NCBI GenBank assembly: GCA_951406725.2 | Contig: OX597832.1 | Location: forward strand, 496,001-560,000 | Origin: Octopus vulgaris | Lineage: Eukaryota | Reading direction: 5' to 3' | DNA: 64,000 nucleotides | Part shown: positions 44,764 through 59,104 of the stretch, one piece after another | Position numbering within the stretch: position 1 is the stretch's first letter | Layout: each line of letters begins with the position of its first letter | Translations under genes and position numbers: made by a program | Notes under the pieces: model-generated | The model's database searches: none | What the model saw: the letters and a program-made list of their open reading frames with translations, nothing else | Told to the model about the DNA's origin: nothing

Positions 44764-47590
44764 AATAAGATCTGACATTGAATATTTGAAAAACCTTAAG
44801 GTTGACAAGACTACCAAACCTACAAAAACCCAAAAATTAATGAAAAAATATAATATGAAGACTATACTTGATATTGATGCCACCATAGAAACCATCAAGC
44901 AAAAGGTATCTGCTAAACCTGCCCGCATAGCGAGGTATGAAAAGCATGTTAGATTCTTCAAGGACAACAACATGTTAAAAAATAACCCCTAAATTTTTTA
45001 CAGGAAGATAGGAAAAACACCAGTTACTGTAAAGCCTGTACCATCAAAAGAAGAAGTGCAGGGATTTTGGAATAAAATTTGGGCAGAAGAAAAAACACAC
45101 AACGAAAAGGCCCCCTGGATTGATAGAATATCTACAGAACTGGACTCCTTAGAAGAGCAAAAGTGGGAGGGTGTCAAGGTAGAAGATATAAGATCTGCTC
45201 TCAGGAGGTCAAGCAAATGGAAGTCTCCAGGAAAGGATAAAATTCCTAACTTCTGGTTGAATACCTTCCCAGAGAGCCATGAACTGCTAACAGAACTTTA
45301 CAATGATGTTTTGCAACACCCTAGTAGGATGCCTCCTCGGCTAGTTAATGGGTTAACATTCCTGCTTCCAAAAAGTGAAGAAACAAATGAACCAAAAAAC
45401 TATAGACCCATAACCTGCTTAACAACTATGTATAAAACGCTAACATCTGTCCTGACGGAATATACCTATAGTTATTTAACAGACAGCAGCATATTCCCTA
45501 ATGAACAGAAAGGATGTAAACGTGGATCCTACAGTTGTAAAGATCAACTACTCATCAATAAGATGATCTTAGAAGATTGTCACAAACGACACAAAAACTT
45601 ATCAATAGCCTGGATAGACTATAAAAAGGCTTTTGATAGCCTACCACATAGCTGGATTAAGAAATGCCTGGAAATGTATAAGATAGCACCTACACTGTGA
45701 AACTTTTTGTCTGTAAGTATGAGATCATGGAGAACCACACTAACTTTGAACAGTGACAATGAATCTCTAAATGCTGGTGATGTAAAAATTTCATGTGGCA
45801 TTTTCCAGGGTGACTCACTATCACCACTCTTCTTTTGTTTAGCCTTAATACCTCTCTCAAAATTGCTCAATGACGCGCAGTACGGATATAAAATGTTTGA
45901 TAAAAATATAAATCATCTCATTTACATGGATGATTTAAAGCTCTTTGCAAAAAATGACCAACAACTCAAGGGCTTACTAGCGATTGTTAAACAATTCAGT
46001 GATGACATCAGAATGCAATTTGGCCTCGATAAATGTGCAAAAGCTACCTTTATCAAAGGAAAAATGATAGAAACATCTAACGTTAACCTTGACCAGCAGA
46101 ATGTCATAAAAGAATTAGACCCAGCGGAGAGCTACAATTACCTAGGGGTAATTGAAGGGGACGGAATAAGGCATTCAATGATGAAGGAAAGGATCAGGAG
46201 AGAATGTTATCGCAGAGTAAGAGCAATACTCAAGACAGAGCTGAATGCGAGAAACAGGATCGAAGCGATCAATGCTTTAGCCATACCAGTCGTGACTTAC
46301 AGTTTCAATATTGTTAACTGGTCAATTACTGAAATATGTAATCTTGACAGAAAAATACGAAAACTGTTGACAATGCATAGAATGCACCACCCTAAGGCAG
46401 ATACAGAACGACTTTATCTGCCAAGAAAAGAGGGAAGCCGTGGACTTTTACAACTGGCAATAACAATGAAGATTGCTACAATTGGCCTAGACACCTACCT
46501 GAAAAACTCCGAGGACTGGATGTTAAAACTTGTCTCAAAACATGAAAACAAGAAAGCATCATACTCAGTAACAAAACAGGCAAAGGAATATCTAAGTGAA
46601 TTCCGAATACAACAAATTTCGGAATTAGAGATAGACATACAAGAAACAAGCACAGAAAAAGCTAAACGCATGAAAACCCGTGCTAAAACTGCGGCCTTAG
46701 ATATTCTGAATGATAAATGTCAAGAAAAACCTCTCTATGGCAAATACCCAAAGAGAGCGAATAATGCAGATGTTGACAAGCCCTGACCCATCAATGGCTA
46801 ATGGCCTCTGGCTTAAAATCTGAAACAGAAGGGTTTATCATAACAGCTCAAGATCAATGCCTACCAACAAGAAACTACCGGGCCAACATATTAAAGAACG
46901 GCAGTAGGCCAACATGTCGTGTATGTCAACAACAAAATGAAACCATTGATCATGTTGTCTCCAAGTGCAGTCTTCTAGCGCCTACAGAGTATCTCAACAG
47001 GCATGATAGAGCTGCACAATATATTCACTGGGTAATTTGCAAAAACTTGGATTTGCCCCATGAAAAAAAATGGTGGGAACACAAACCACCTCCAGTGCTT
47101 GAAAATGACCACATCTCACTCCTCTGGAACTTCACCGTTCAAATTGACAGAAAGGTAGATGCAAATAGGCCAGACATTATATTGAAAGACTTCAGACAAA
47201 GAACATGCCTCCTCATTGATATGACTGTCCCAATCGATATAAACGTATCTGTCAAGACCTACCAAAAACTGAGCAAATATAAAGATCTTGAAATAGAAAT
47301 CAGCAAAATGTGGAACCTGAAGACTAAAACAATACCTGTTGTCATAGGTGCCCTGGGAATGATAGCAAAAGGGGCTGATTGCTACCTAACTCAGATACCA
47401 GGAAACCCCAAAATGGCAGAAATTCAAAAGATAGTGCTCATGGGAACTGTTCATATCCTACACAAAATACTTTCTATGTAATCTCAAGGTTTAAAACAAA
47501 CAATTTTCGTTTTTTTTAATTTATATATTTATTATTTTTTTTTTTTAGACATTCACTAGTACAACACCAAAAACCCCCCAAATATATGGC
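44764..47590 (+). mobile_element. R4/Dong-like non-LTR retrotransposon (RT, CCHC, restriction-like endonuclease), 5'-truncated and disabled
   Basis: WKSPGKDKI, KNYRPITCL, WIDYKKAFDS, GIFQGDSLSP, YMDDLKL, CRVC..ETIDHVVSKC, RHD, RPDI..D..K..KY. In-frame stops at 44990 and 45698; frameshift near 46780; begins inside (TAA)n. Confidence 0.95.
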
Positions 47591-50222
47591 ACACTAGGCA
47601 TAACAACAACATGAACCTCGCCGTCACAGAACTAAAAGTCACAGAAACAAATGTCAATATGACAAGGCTAAATGATATGATATATGCAGCAGCCTCTGTG
47701 GCCACAAAAGAAGCTGGATATCCTCACAAACCCATCCAAACTGAAGTATCACCACCCAAACAAACCCTGTGGATAAATAATATCCAGAAAAAAGAAAATA
47801 AAAGAAACGATTTGTCATTCCTCAATGAAACTAGTAGACAGTCAACAATACTAAGCAACAAGAAGAGAAGAAAAAAATTACATTAACACAAAATTACAGA
47901 ACATGGTATACCTGAGGTAAAAGAACAGCTAAAGCAAGATATCCTCGCCGAAGCACAAAGAATCCGACGGTATGAGAAACACCAACGTTTCTTTGAACAA
48001 AACAAATAGTTCAACCCCAAAAGATTCTACAAAGAACTTGGCAAAAATAAAATAGAAATCAATGCAGCACCAACAGCAGAAGAAGTGGAAGAGTTTTGGA
48101 AAGAAATATGATCGGCGAAGGAACAACCTCAGAAAAGATCTATCTAAATAACAAACACAGCACCTGAACAACTCTGGACTCCTATAACAACTGAAGAGGT
48201 CACCCGGGCACTGCAAAAACTAAGCAGCTGGAAGGCAACCGAGCACAAGATCACCTACTTTTGGTTAACATATCTAACAAGAATACATAAAACCATGGCT
48301 GAAAAATTTAACTAAATACTAGCAGAGCCAGGGACAATGACTGAATGGCTCACGGAAGGGAAAATTATCCTAATTCCCAAATCCACTGAATCGGCAAACT
48401 CACAAAATTACAGACCGATAATTTGTCTCCCTACAATTTACAAAGCTATTACTGCAATGATATCGCAGAAAATGGGCAAACATCTGGGAGAAAACAACCT
48501 ATTTCCAGAAGAGTAAAGCCATAACTGAAGACAGCCGAAGAAAGAAGCTTTTGACAGTATTCCTCACACATGGATCCTAGAAACAAGGTAGCACCAATAA
48601 TCACAAAATATACAAAACATTCCATGAATACATGGCAAACAGTGCTACAGCTCCAAAGAAAAGAGGGACTGATAAAAACCAAAGTCATCCCCATTAGAAG
48701 AGGAATATTCCAGAGAGACACGCTCTCTCCACTCCTTTTCTGCTTGGCACTGACACCTTTACCTGTCTTGCTAAACAAAATTTGATGTGTATATACAAAT
48801 GTTGTGGCAATACAATGAACCTTCTCTTATATGTGGATAATCTAAAACTGTACGCTACAAATGATAACGAGCTAGAAACATTACTACAGACAGTACATGG
48901 ATTTAACAAAGAAATAAACATGAAATTTGGTTAAGAAAAATGTGCCAAAGCAACCTTCAAAAGAGGAAAACTAGTTAACAGTAACAACATCCCACTAGAC
49001 AAAACAAATTAAATAAGAGTATTAAGCCAAAGCCAGACATACTTAGAAATTAACGAACTAGATACGACACAGCATACACAAATGAAAGAGAATTTAAGAA
49101 AGGAATACTATAGACGAGCTAGATTAATACTGAAAACCGAGCTCAATGCGAAAAACAAGATAATAGGTATCATCTACAATATTCTTAACGGGACTCTAAA
49201 TGAACTAATCAAAATAAGCTAGAAAACAAGAAAAATAATGACTGGATCTAGGATACACCACCCAAATAGAAAGGCTATATATACAACGCATCGTAGATGG
49301 CAGAGGTCTTATACGTAGATGGCAGATGTATTTAAGGAAGCTGACAAATACAAAAAAGAAGTCATAGTACCTAACATCTACGAGGAAAAAAAAAAGAAAC
49401 AACAAAAGCTGTAAAACAACTGAAATCCAAACTAAAACTAGAACAGCAACGTATCAAGATAAAACGATGGCAAGGTTAAGCTAAACAGAAAAGAAATAGA
49501 TAAATCAAAAGCCCAACAATGGCTGAGAAACGCAGGACTCAAAGTAGAGACTGTAGGATTTTTAATTGCAGCACAAAATCAACGCATTCCCACCAGAAAT
49601 CACCAAAAATACACAATGAAAAGAAATACAAGTAAATGTAGAATATGTGGAATATAAGGCGGCGAGCTGGCAGAATCTTTAGCACGCCGGGCGAAATACT
49701 TAGCGGTATTTCGTCTGCCGTTACGTCCTGAGTTCAAATTCCACCGAGGTTGACTTTGCTTTTCATCCTTTCGGGGTCAGTAAATTAAGTACCAGTTACG
49801 CACTGGGGTTGATATAATCGACTTGATCCGTTTGTCTGTCCTTGTTTGTCCTCTCTATGTTTAGCCCCTTGTGGGTAGTAAAGAAATAGATATTTCGCCT
49901 GTCTTTACGTCCTGAGTTCAAATTCCGCCGAGGTCGATTTTGCCTTTCATCCTTTCGGGGTTGATAGATTAAGTACCAGTTGGATACTGGGGTAGATCTA
50001 ATCGACTGGCCTCCTCCCCCAAAATTTCGGGCTATGTGCCTCGAGTAGAAAATATGTGGTGATGGAGAAGAAAGAATAAATTATATTATCTTTGGCTGCC
50101 TAGTCCTGGCTAAGAAGGAACATATTCACAGACACGACAAAGTTGGGACCTATATATACTGGAAGCTGTACCAACACTATGGAATAACGACAGAAAAAAG
50201 ATGGTATGAATACACCCCAGAA
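47591..50222 (+). mobile_element. Older, heavily decayed R4/Dong-like element abutting the previous copy
   Basis: NYRPIICL, AFDSIPH, RRGIFQRDTLSPLLFCLAL, YVDNLKL and KCRICG..INYIIFGC..RHD remnants with many stops. Confidence 0.85.
49651..50050 (+). mobile_element. Nin/Deu-domain-like SINE, internally duplicated, with 9-bp TSD
   Basis: AATATGTGG at 49642-49650 and 50051-50059; A/B-box-like TGGCAGAATC and GAGTTCAAATTCC; two copies of the GACTTTGCCTTTCATCCTTTCGGGG-type segment. Confidence 0.88.
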
Positions 50223-51499
50223 AAGAAGGAGGAGGAGGAGTCGCAGCAGCAGCGGTACAAATTGGGTCTATTTCATCCCAGATGCGATGATCATGACATC
50301 GCTGTGCATGAAAGTCAGTTTTCTAATTATGGATGAAAGTCTTATTCAGACAGATAAAAAAACAAAATACCTTAGAGCTTCTAAATATATGTTTCATAGT
50401 TTAACTTCCAATAGTATCTAGCAGTTTCAAATATTTCTACAAAACTGATTATGAACTGAAATTCCACCATATTCTGAGGAACCTTTTACCCATCATGTCC
50501 AACACATCCAAGATGACCATTGTGGATGACCATACGTTGTTAAATATGTAAAGCTAGCAGACATGTGCATAGTTGGTTTGTCAGCTACTCACATATGAAG
50601 GGTATCGGAAACAATCTCCATTTGAATTCGAACTTTTAAATATAATGCTATAGCAAGCCATTATCACACGCTCCCCACACACACCACTGACCTCATAAAT
50701 CTACTTGAATTTATTCTCAACTAAACAGGATTATCAATGAGTTGCTACCTTAATAGTACAGTTGCAAAAACTAGTTTTCAAATGATTATCAACAATGGAT
50801 GGTAACAGCTGCTGCTATTCTTCAACACCAGCACAATCAGCTCTCACAGCTGATTAAGTTGATAGCCTATTTCCTGTTATTGATTTGTGTGAAACTTAAA
50901 ATAGTGCAGCCGTTACTATTTCAAGCAATTTTCACTTGCAAATATTTCTTGGAAGGTTTTGTTCTATGAGGTAGATCTTTATGAAGACCATGAAGACGTA
51001 TTACTAATGTTTTATAACGCTGTAAAATCGTTGTTTCATGTATAACACATATTTTCACTCATCTTTTGCACACTTCAAAACTATACAGAGACCCATATTT
51101 TCATTATTAATCCTCTAATAATACAACCATTACGTAGTACTTTTCATTTGATTTACAACTTAGATCCTCACCTCTATGTCAAATTTTATGTTCCATGCCT
51201 ACACTTAACACAACAATCATGTAATGAACACAGATTTTGGGACGTCGACAAATCGGTTCTGTACATATAATAAAACAGTTATCCATTTAAGGATATTATC
51301 TTACGTTCATCTTCCATCATCGTTTCCAGTCAGACTGTATGACTGGATCCTGCATGTCACATTTTCCTGTGTGTAGCAGATGATGTCTTCGAGACCACAA
51401 TGCATGGAGTACTCACTGACGTGTCGAAGTTCACCCTACACAAAACCACGCCACTTACATTTCTTCACCGACTTTTACTCATCTTTCATCTTTTAGAAA

Positions 51500-53190
51500 G
51501 TTCAGCAGCGACGGGACAAGGATAACAGGAGCGTGTTTTGATGCAACTGGAAACTCCAAATTCGAACCTGCACGTTGGCAGCAGATGTGTGACGATCACC
51601 TTTCTGGAACCTCTGACTATTCAGGAATCCGGTCCTACAGTTGCGTCTGGACAGGCCTATTTTCTCAATCATTCCACTGTTGTGACTATTAGAACATGGA
51701 ATGTCAGAACATCGCTCGATTCTTTTAAAAAATGACAACCTACCAGAATGAAGAACAGCCCAATTCACTTCAACAGCTATCAATGAAGGACTGATGCTCC
51801 ACTTTCTGGAGACTGCCTGATCATTTTTATCTCTGTTTTTGCACATACACTCGACGCCGAGAGAAGCCTTAAGAACCAGTTTTACCAGTAACTGAACACC
51901 ATTTTTCCATTGTAACACCTAATGCCAATTTTATCTAAGCTATTTCATGTCAGCCTAGGAAAGAACTACCTCCTGTGGGAGAACGTTATGGGAAGACAAG
52001 ATTTAGAAACTGCAGTGCAAACCGCTAGTTACTTCTTGGATGCTGTGCAGAGCATAAACTTTTCATTACTAACACTCAGTTTTTGTTCCCAAACTGCTTT
52101 AGAACTACGTGGGTGCATCCACGTTCTAGGCTTTGGTACGTCCATGACTACATCATCATTCGTTAATGAGACAAAAAAGACATCACTAGCACCAAGACAG
52201 CAATAAAAGCAGACGACTGTTGAACGAGCCACAAAGTCTTCATCAGTTAACTCAGAATTTTTGTTCGTCGTAAATCACCTGCCCACTTTAAGTGACAGTC
52301 AAGAAGAAAGTTCAATCGATTGAAATTTAAAAACCAAGCTGAAGAATTCCAAGAAACATCAAAGACTAGCTGGTAAACACCAATAAAAAGAATCCAAAAT
52401 GTCAACCAAGAAGCAGCTGAGAGCACCCTTGGCTTCACAAGAACTATGTTTGGTTAAATGAAAACAACGAAATAACCATAAATTCATCTATGTTAAAAGC
52501 GATGCTCGTCTATCCCTCAAACACAAGAGAAAAGACGCTTTCTTGATCTCAAGCGGGTATGTCTAATTCGGATCAGAGAGATTCAAAGCAACTAGGGGAT
52601 AGAAAAACGATATGCAAAAGTCGGGGACCGTCTTATACTAAAGAATTATACGACCCAACTCGCGCCTCAACAAGTACTTTGCAATCTGCCAAAAACATCA
52701 ACCCTTTTACTAATAGCCAAAACATCCTTAACAGTTGGAAATAACACTTCAGCATTGTTTTAAATAGGAACTCCATTGGTGCTGAAAATTTTCTTTTCAA
52801 GTGCCTTAACATTCTCCTCAACTGTTGACGTCGAACCCTCCATTTTTTCGTAAATTTAGTGATACCGTTATAAAGGTGAAAGTAAGAAAGTTGCCTGATC
52901 CAGTCAATATCTCCCCGGAAGTTTTCCAAAAGGTGACCAGTCCTTAAGGACAAGGATATTCAACTTCATTCTGAAAATGTGGAAAACCTTAATGGTACTT
53001 GCATCTCTAAAGTATGCTCTCATTGTTGCAATCTTTAAGAAAGGAGACGCAGCATCTGTAGGAACTACCGTCTCAAGGAAAATCTTTGCCAGAATATGGT
53101 TCAACTGCCTCCTATAGCTATTATCAATATACACTGTGGGTATCAATGGTACACACTGTGGTTATCAAAATTTCCATTGTGGCACTATAT
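51500..53190 (+). mobile_element. Ancient RTE/BovB-like LINE remnant (APE endonuclease and RT start)
   Basis: IRTWNVRTSLD, QFYQ.L, IVAIFKKGD..VGTT and GKIFARI-like remnants across frames; many stops. Confidence 0.65.
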
Positions 53191-53873
53191 AATATACATT
53201 TTATAGCTCTTAACAAAACACTATCAAAAGTCTGCATTGGCTAGCACCAATATACTTAACGTCCATCAAGAATATACGCAGCGACAATCAACAATATAAA
53301 TTCTGGATATCAACAAAATGTACTTTGATTTTCAAATATATACAATGAGACAATGGATAATGTACACAGTAGCTACCAACAAAATACACTGAATGTTTTA
53401 ACACTATAAATTCTGGTGTCGCTATCTACTACCTACAATGCAGCCATCAGTAATATGGAGTGAATCGTTATTTATTTTTGTATGCTGGAAAATATAAGAA
53501 TTTGACATATTCGAAAATTGAGTGAATCTTCTCAACACTGTAATTTCAAAGAACAAACGAGAGAAATATCAAAGGACTCCTTTTGTTTGGAAAACATCTA
53601 GTTAAGCAGGTGTTGGTAGACTAACTTAATACTATTAATTCATTAAAATTGCAGCCAAAAGGAAGAGAAAAATAATATTTTGTGTAATTAATTCTGGGTA
53701 GAAAAAGAAAGGACTCAATGATGAAATCTGAATTGCCGTATTTTGTGGCATGGCAGACGCTGCATCGTTGAAAATGCACCCAGATTTTGGAAAGGTAAAT
53801 CGAGGAAACAATTTTGTATACTTACCAAAGTCCCGCCCACACGATCAGACAGTGCCTATTACTAGACAAAATT

Positions 53874-54076
53874 AGCGAGTAAACCAGCGGAGTGCTCGTG
53901 TCCGATGCTGTCATCAGATAATGGCCATCTGCAGGTAGTTTGTAGTACATAACATTATGCTTTAGCTGTTCTGCGATTGTTCATGCATCACATAATGTTA
54001 TGTACTACAAACCACCTGCAGATGGCCATTATCTGATGACAGCATCGGACACGAGCACTCCGCTGGTTTACTCGCT
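53874..54076. repeat. Near-perfect inverted repeat, 86-bp arms, 31-bp spacer (fold-back/MITE-like)
   Basis: 53874-53959 is the reverse complement of 53991-54076 except one position (A53937 opposite C54013). Confidence 0.95.
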
Positions 54077-55599
54077 GAATAGTGGTTGTACCAAATCTGC
54101 CACGTCCACTGATTTCATCTCGTTTACATTTACACTTTTATTTGACTGAACAACAAAAGACAAAAGGACTTCACCCATAGGCCTAAACTGTTCTTATATT
54201 AATAATAAATTTATGGTAATCAAATGTTTTCTCTTCCTATTCTGCAGGCATTTTCTAAGTAAATTTTGTTCTTGTTCCTAAACTTAAGACATATAGTTTC
54301 ATGAAATGAAAATACCAGCAGCCCCTTTGAAATTATTCACTCCTTTTTTTGCTGCCAATCTTGTTTCTACATTGATCAACTACGTATCTCAAGTTTCTTC
54401 GGTCTTATATCCATATTTTAAGTTTTCTTCTGAGTATGGCCGTGTTGCTGGTAGTGTGCAAAGATTGTTCCCTTTTATTCGCTTATTTTAAATACACACA
54501 TGCCCATCAACACTGCCTCCTTCTGCTTCCTGCACTGGTGAATCATCTTGTCATCCCTGTTTCTATGTGCTTCTGAATATTGCACTGCCTCAAGTTAAAA
54601 CGCGATATTACAGTTATGTCTCCATGATATTCTTGCCACAGAAAGGAGAAGGATTAATTTGCAGGACTAATCTGCAGTAAAAGTCTGGTAGCAAATAAAC
54701 AAAATTCTAGACACGTGCAAATAAACAAAAAAGCCCAGTTCATTGAGATGAAAAACCATCCTTCCGCAATTTCTCAATAGATGGCGCTTCTGTATCACAG
54801 TAATTAGTAAACAAACAGCTCAGGAACAAGGGTAGTGTAGCGGCACCAAGCCATCTTTTATTTACTTAGTAACTGTAATTTTATTTACATTAACATTATT
54901 AAATCAAATATTTTGTAGTATAGGAAATACTTGTAATCGCCAAGTAACGATATAACAGTTTTCGTAAGGATACGATGCAGGAACTTCTCAAAGCATCGTG
55001 GAATACGCATGGTAATTTTCAAAATATTTTTTACTAACAAAAAAATATGCGTTTCCTATGCCCCAATATACAATAATTAAAAACTGAAGGAGGGGAATGT
55101 AATGGGGATTGGATGCGATCTTTGGTAAATGTAGCAGGACAACTCCAGATACGTTTAGATTTATAGTCCTCTTCAGAGATTCTTTTACCTGTTTCAGTCA
55201 TTTGATTGCTGAATGTATAATTTTACTACATTATGTAAGCTCTCACTTCCATTTATACTATCATTCACAACTTCGTAGAGGTATTTTTAATGCACTTCCT
55301 AATAAAAACGAACCTGCTGCTTATTGAAGGACACATAAAACTATAAATAATCCAGATTATTAGCCTTCGTCTAAAGATTTTGGTGAGGTAACTTAGTGTG
55401 ACTGTTGGGGGCCAGATGTCAGATGATGTATACACTGTATATTTAATCGATTAGCATATCTGTAAAAATTGATTTGGAAAACCGTGAAATTAACAACTTT
55501 ATAGTGATACGAAACAATTCTGTTTAATATTCCCGCTGTCCCAGCGGAAACAGGAGATTAAGAAAAGTTTATTTTTAATCTTCCGTTTTAAATTTACTG

Positions 55600-56770
55600 A
55601 TACCTTTAAGTACTTAAAAGTCATAAATATTTCCGTATCACGAGTACTTATGTATAATCTATGAAAAAACGATTGAATAATCAATTTTTATCCTTTAAAC
55701 TAAGGCATAAAGCTAATAATACCTCATTATCTATGAAAATCTGGGAACTTAGAGACAATAATATTGGTTTCAGTCTTAAATGGGATTTAGCGCGTAGAAC
55801 TCAACCATACACAAATAGCCAATATGGATTGGATGTAGACTTTATTGTATGGAATTATATGAAATTTATAAATATAGAGATAAGAACAACTTAATTAATA
55901 ATAAACTTGATATTAGACTGTCATGTGTTCATAAGATTACCTGTACCTTTAAATACTTTAGAAGCTGATAATTATTTAGTAAATCATATATTTTTTTGGT
56001 GACTAAACTTTGTTTTCTTTAACCCCTCTTTGATCTATTAAACCTTAATAATCATAATATATACCTTCCCAGACCCAGGGGTGAATCTATACTATCACGG
56101 TTAATATAAATATACTACTTTTTCCTAACGAGTCCTTAATTTTCAAATCTCTCCTAATTATAAAATATACTCTCTATGATCTGTTACTATCATACATCAA
56201 TCCTTGCTTTTCGTTGTATTTTAAGTATATTTTCTTAATCTATTTCTAATGATAATTTTAATTCTATTTTTTCCTTTGATAGTAGAACGGTCAGTCATGA
56301 TGCTAATTAATTTATAACCCCTCAAAGATCTAATTTTAGATGTTTGGAAGACAACATTCTCCCTATTGTCATCGATGTGTAGATAATGGAGTTACTATTC
56401 TCATTCATCAATCCTCCCCCCTCTAGCCCATGCTAATTTCTGGTTTGTCTGTCACAATTTCTGTTTTTTTCCTATTTTTCATCCTGCCTAAAAATTTAGC
56501 AGCAGAATCATTGTATATGTTTTTTCTCTATTGATGATATGAATATGTTTAAATACTTAACTTGTCCTTTATGCTTGAAGTCTATGCAGTCATCAGATGA
56601 GAATGATTTTCTGTGTGTTGATGTAATGCTTTCATTGATCAATTAAAGAAGTCGCTCGAAACGGTCGTAATGAATTGAAACTTATACATCTTTGTTACTC
56701 ATTTATATTTTACTCATCTATTTACTTTAGTTATAATGGTGTTTTCGTCGTGATTGTTACTTTCACTACG
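55600..56770 (+). mobile_element. Decayed PLE 3' portion (GIY-YIG remnant plus 3' region)
   Basis: KKRLNNQFLSFKLRHKANNTSLSMKIWELRD..LKWDLARRTQPY, homologous in pattern to 16820-17233. Confidence 0.7.
56590..56673 (+). ncRNA. Type I hammerhead-like motif with extended stem II
   Basis: TCAT-CAGATGA-[GAATGATTTTCT..TTGAT..AATG/CATT..ATCAA..AGAAGTCGCTC]-GAAAC-GGTC-GTA-ATGA; core U4>A. Confidence 0.65.
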
Positions 56771-56775
56771 TTTCA

Positions 56776-58455
56776 AGGCATCTTCAAAACAGGAAACCGC
56801 ACGCATGAGTCCTTTCCTAAAACTAATATCGGACCTGAAATAAGAGAAACATACACATGCATCGGCTAGTCTTCATCATCTCTTTCAGATTTTCGTCAAA
56901 TGTTAAGGAGAAAGAGGAGTAACCCTAAGCATGGAAAACTGTCATCAGAGTAAGAAGAGTGAGAGAAAGAAAATTAGTTAGCACAATACCACCACATAAC
57001 TTAGTGGATTAAAGCATTAGTTAATTCAGTGCAGTCACTTAGAGGGTCTGAGTTCGATCTTAGACGAAGCACTTAGTTGAATCACATGACAATTGAAGAA
57101 AGCCGAAACGTATACAGATGAAATTTAGTGAAAGGTAAAATTAAGATGAGGATACCACTCCAATTAATGTAAACGGTGTACATAAAATATTTTATCATGA
57201 TCATAGAGGATTATGGGAAAAAATCATTGCTTCCATCTCGCAAGAACTGGGTTGAGATCAAAATAAAGATGAGAATGCTAATCACACCGGAAAACCTTCA
57301 AAAGATAGCTGACCTTATCTACATGGGGAGTGGAGAATACCAGATCTCGTGAAGGGAACGAATGCAAGATGCTATGGATCGTTTCTGTTTGGCTGCACTT
57401 TTTGAAATTTTAAAATTAAGTGAAAAGTTTCAAATTGGTGTATTGATGTAATTTTTCACACTTGTTCCAGAAAATTTGAAAAAAAAGTTACAGATGTTTA
57501 AAGTTTGATCATTTTTACCCGGTCAGAAAACAGGATTTCGAAGCTGCCATTTTGTACATGACTGCAATCGTAAGACAACAAAGCAATAATGTCAACATTG
57601 CGACGACAGCACGTGTTTTAAGCAACTAATAAGTTAAAATGGCAAAAAAAGAGCAACCAACACATATTTTATAGCTTTAAGTGGGTATCGAAAATGCAGC
57701 GTAAAATATCCAAAAACAGCAACAAATGGGTACCAGCAGAAAAACATAGTGTAAATGATCAGTTTGTAAGCATACGTGGTTTTTACGAAACAAGAATTTC
57801 AACGCTTGGTTTGTTACTATGGAAACAGGCATCTATATATCTGTGTCTTTCGACTGGCTAAAATTGCCCAAAATTTGCAAAGTTTAAAAGCTATTAACTG
57901 ATTATTTATTGATTTATGGCGAAAATGAATTTCATGTCAATAATGAGTATACAAAACTACATCAATACAACCAAATTTGAATTCAGTTGGAACAAAATTG
58001 AAGAAATTGAAAAGTGGCAGCCAAGCAGAAAAGATTCGATGTTATACTTAAGGTAAGGTAGCACTAACTACCCGAAGGCTTTCTGTTCTCAGACAAAATT
58101 ATTTTGCTGTCAATACTACAATAACGAAGCACCAGCTGTAACAACAAGAGCAGCAGCAACAGTAGCGTCGACAACAGCACCGATAGCAACAGAAAGAACA
58201 GTACTGCCAGAAAAAATCCAAACCACAACCAAGGTATCTTCGAAACAGGAAGCCTCACAAAAGAGTCCTTTTCTAAAACCAATATCACACCCGAAACAAA
58301 TGACAGAAACACACATATACATCGACTAGTATTCATCATCTCTTTCCGATTTCTTGTCAAATGATAGGGAGAAAGAGGAGCAAATCTAAGCATTAAAAAC
58401 TGTCATCAGAGTGAGAAGAATAAAAGAAAGAAAATAAGTTACCATAGCCCCACTA
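56776..58455. repeat. Diverged direct repeat pair (about 56776-56995 and 58231-58455)
   Basis: Collinear blocks ATCTTC.AAACAGGAA, GAGTCCTTT.CTAAAAC, TTCATCATCTCTTTC.GATTT, GGAGAAAGAGGAG, AAAACTGTCATCAGAGT. Confidence 0.8.
57372..58042. mobile_element. Old non-autonomous DNA transposon with long degenerate TIRs
   Basis: Left TTTCTGTTTGGCTGCACTTTT..TTCAAATTGGTGTATTGATGTA mirrors right TACATCAATACAACCAAATTTGAA..AAAAGTGGCAGCCAAGCAGAAA. Confidence 0.7.
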
Positions 58456-59104
58456 CAATAAATAGTTAAATGAATGATTAAGCAGATGAAGCATCGAAAA
58501 GCCTGCAAACTAATCAACTCCGAGCACAACAACCGAAATAATATCAAGTATAACAAAAATTGAATGCTGCACGGCAACAGCTAAACTGACCATTTCTTCT
58601 ATAAGCAATTTCGAAATAAACTTTATTTTCTAAGAAAAACTTAGATTATTACCGAAGATTATTTTACTGGCATTTCATTATGCTGATCTCTGCCGACATC
58701 AGTGACTTAATTTTCTGCATCATAAAGTGATATATTTCTCTCGGATCATGTAGTACTCTTCATTCTTGGTTAATAAATAAACTAGAAATGACATATTTAT
58801 CTTCTATATCCGTATATTCAACATTAATACCGCCCTTAGATGTTATTAACTGTTACAGTGATCTTGAACTCAAGTGAAAAGACTTATTTAATGTGTATGC
58901 ACATTAGCCTAAGAGGCTAAAGATGGACCTTAAACGTATTTGCTCTCCTTGCTAGAAATGGCAACCAAATCTCCATCTTCAAAAAGATGAAAGGACACAT
59001 TGGATAGCGTTGCTCAGGGTAGACCGTGCCTCAAAATAGTCAGAATGATTTTGATCAGGATCAACTTGGAACTAAATAACAGCAAGCCACACTAATAATG
59101 GCCA

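Noticed and set aside
45698-45700. In-frame TGA as selenocysteine or readthrough
   Set aside because: Simply explained by CGA>TGA decay; the same copy has a TAA stop and a frameshift.
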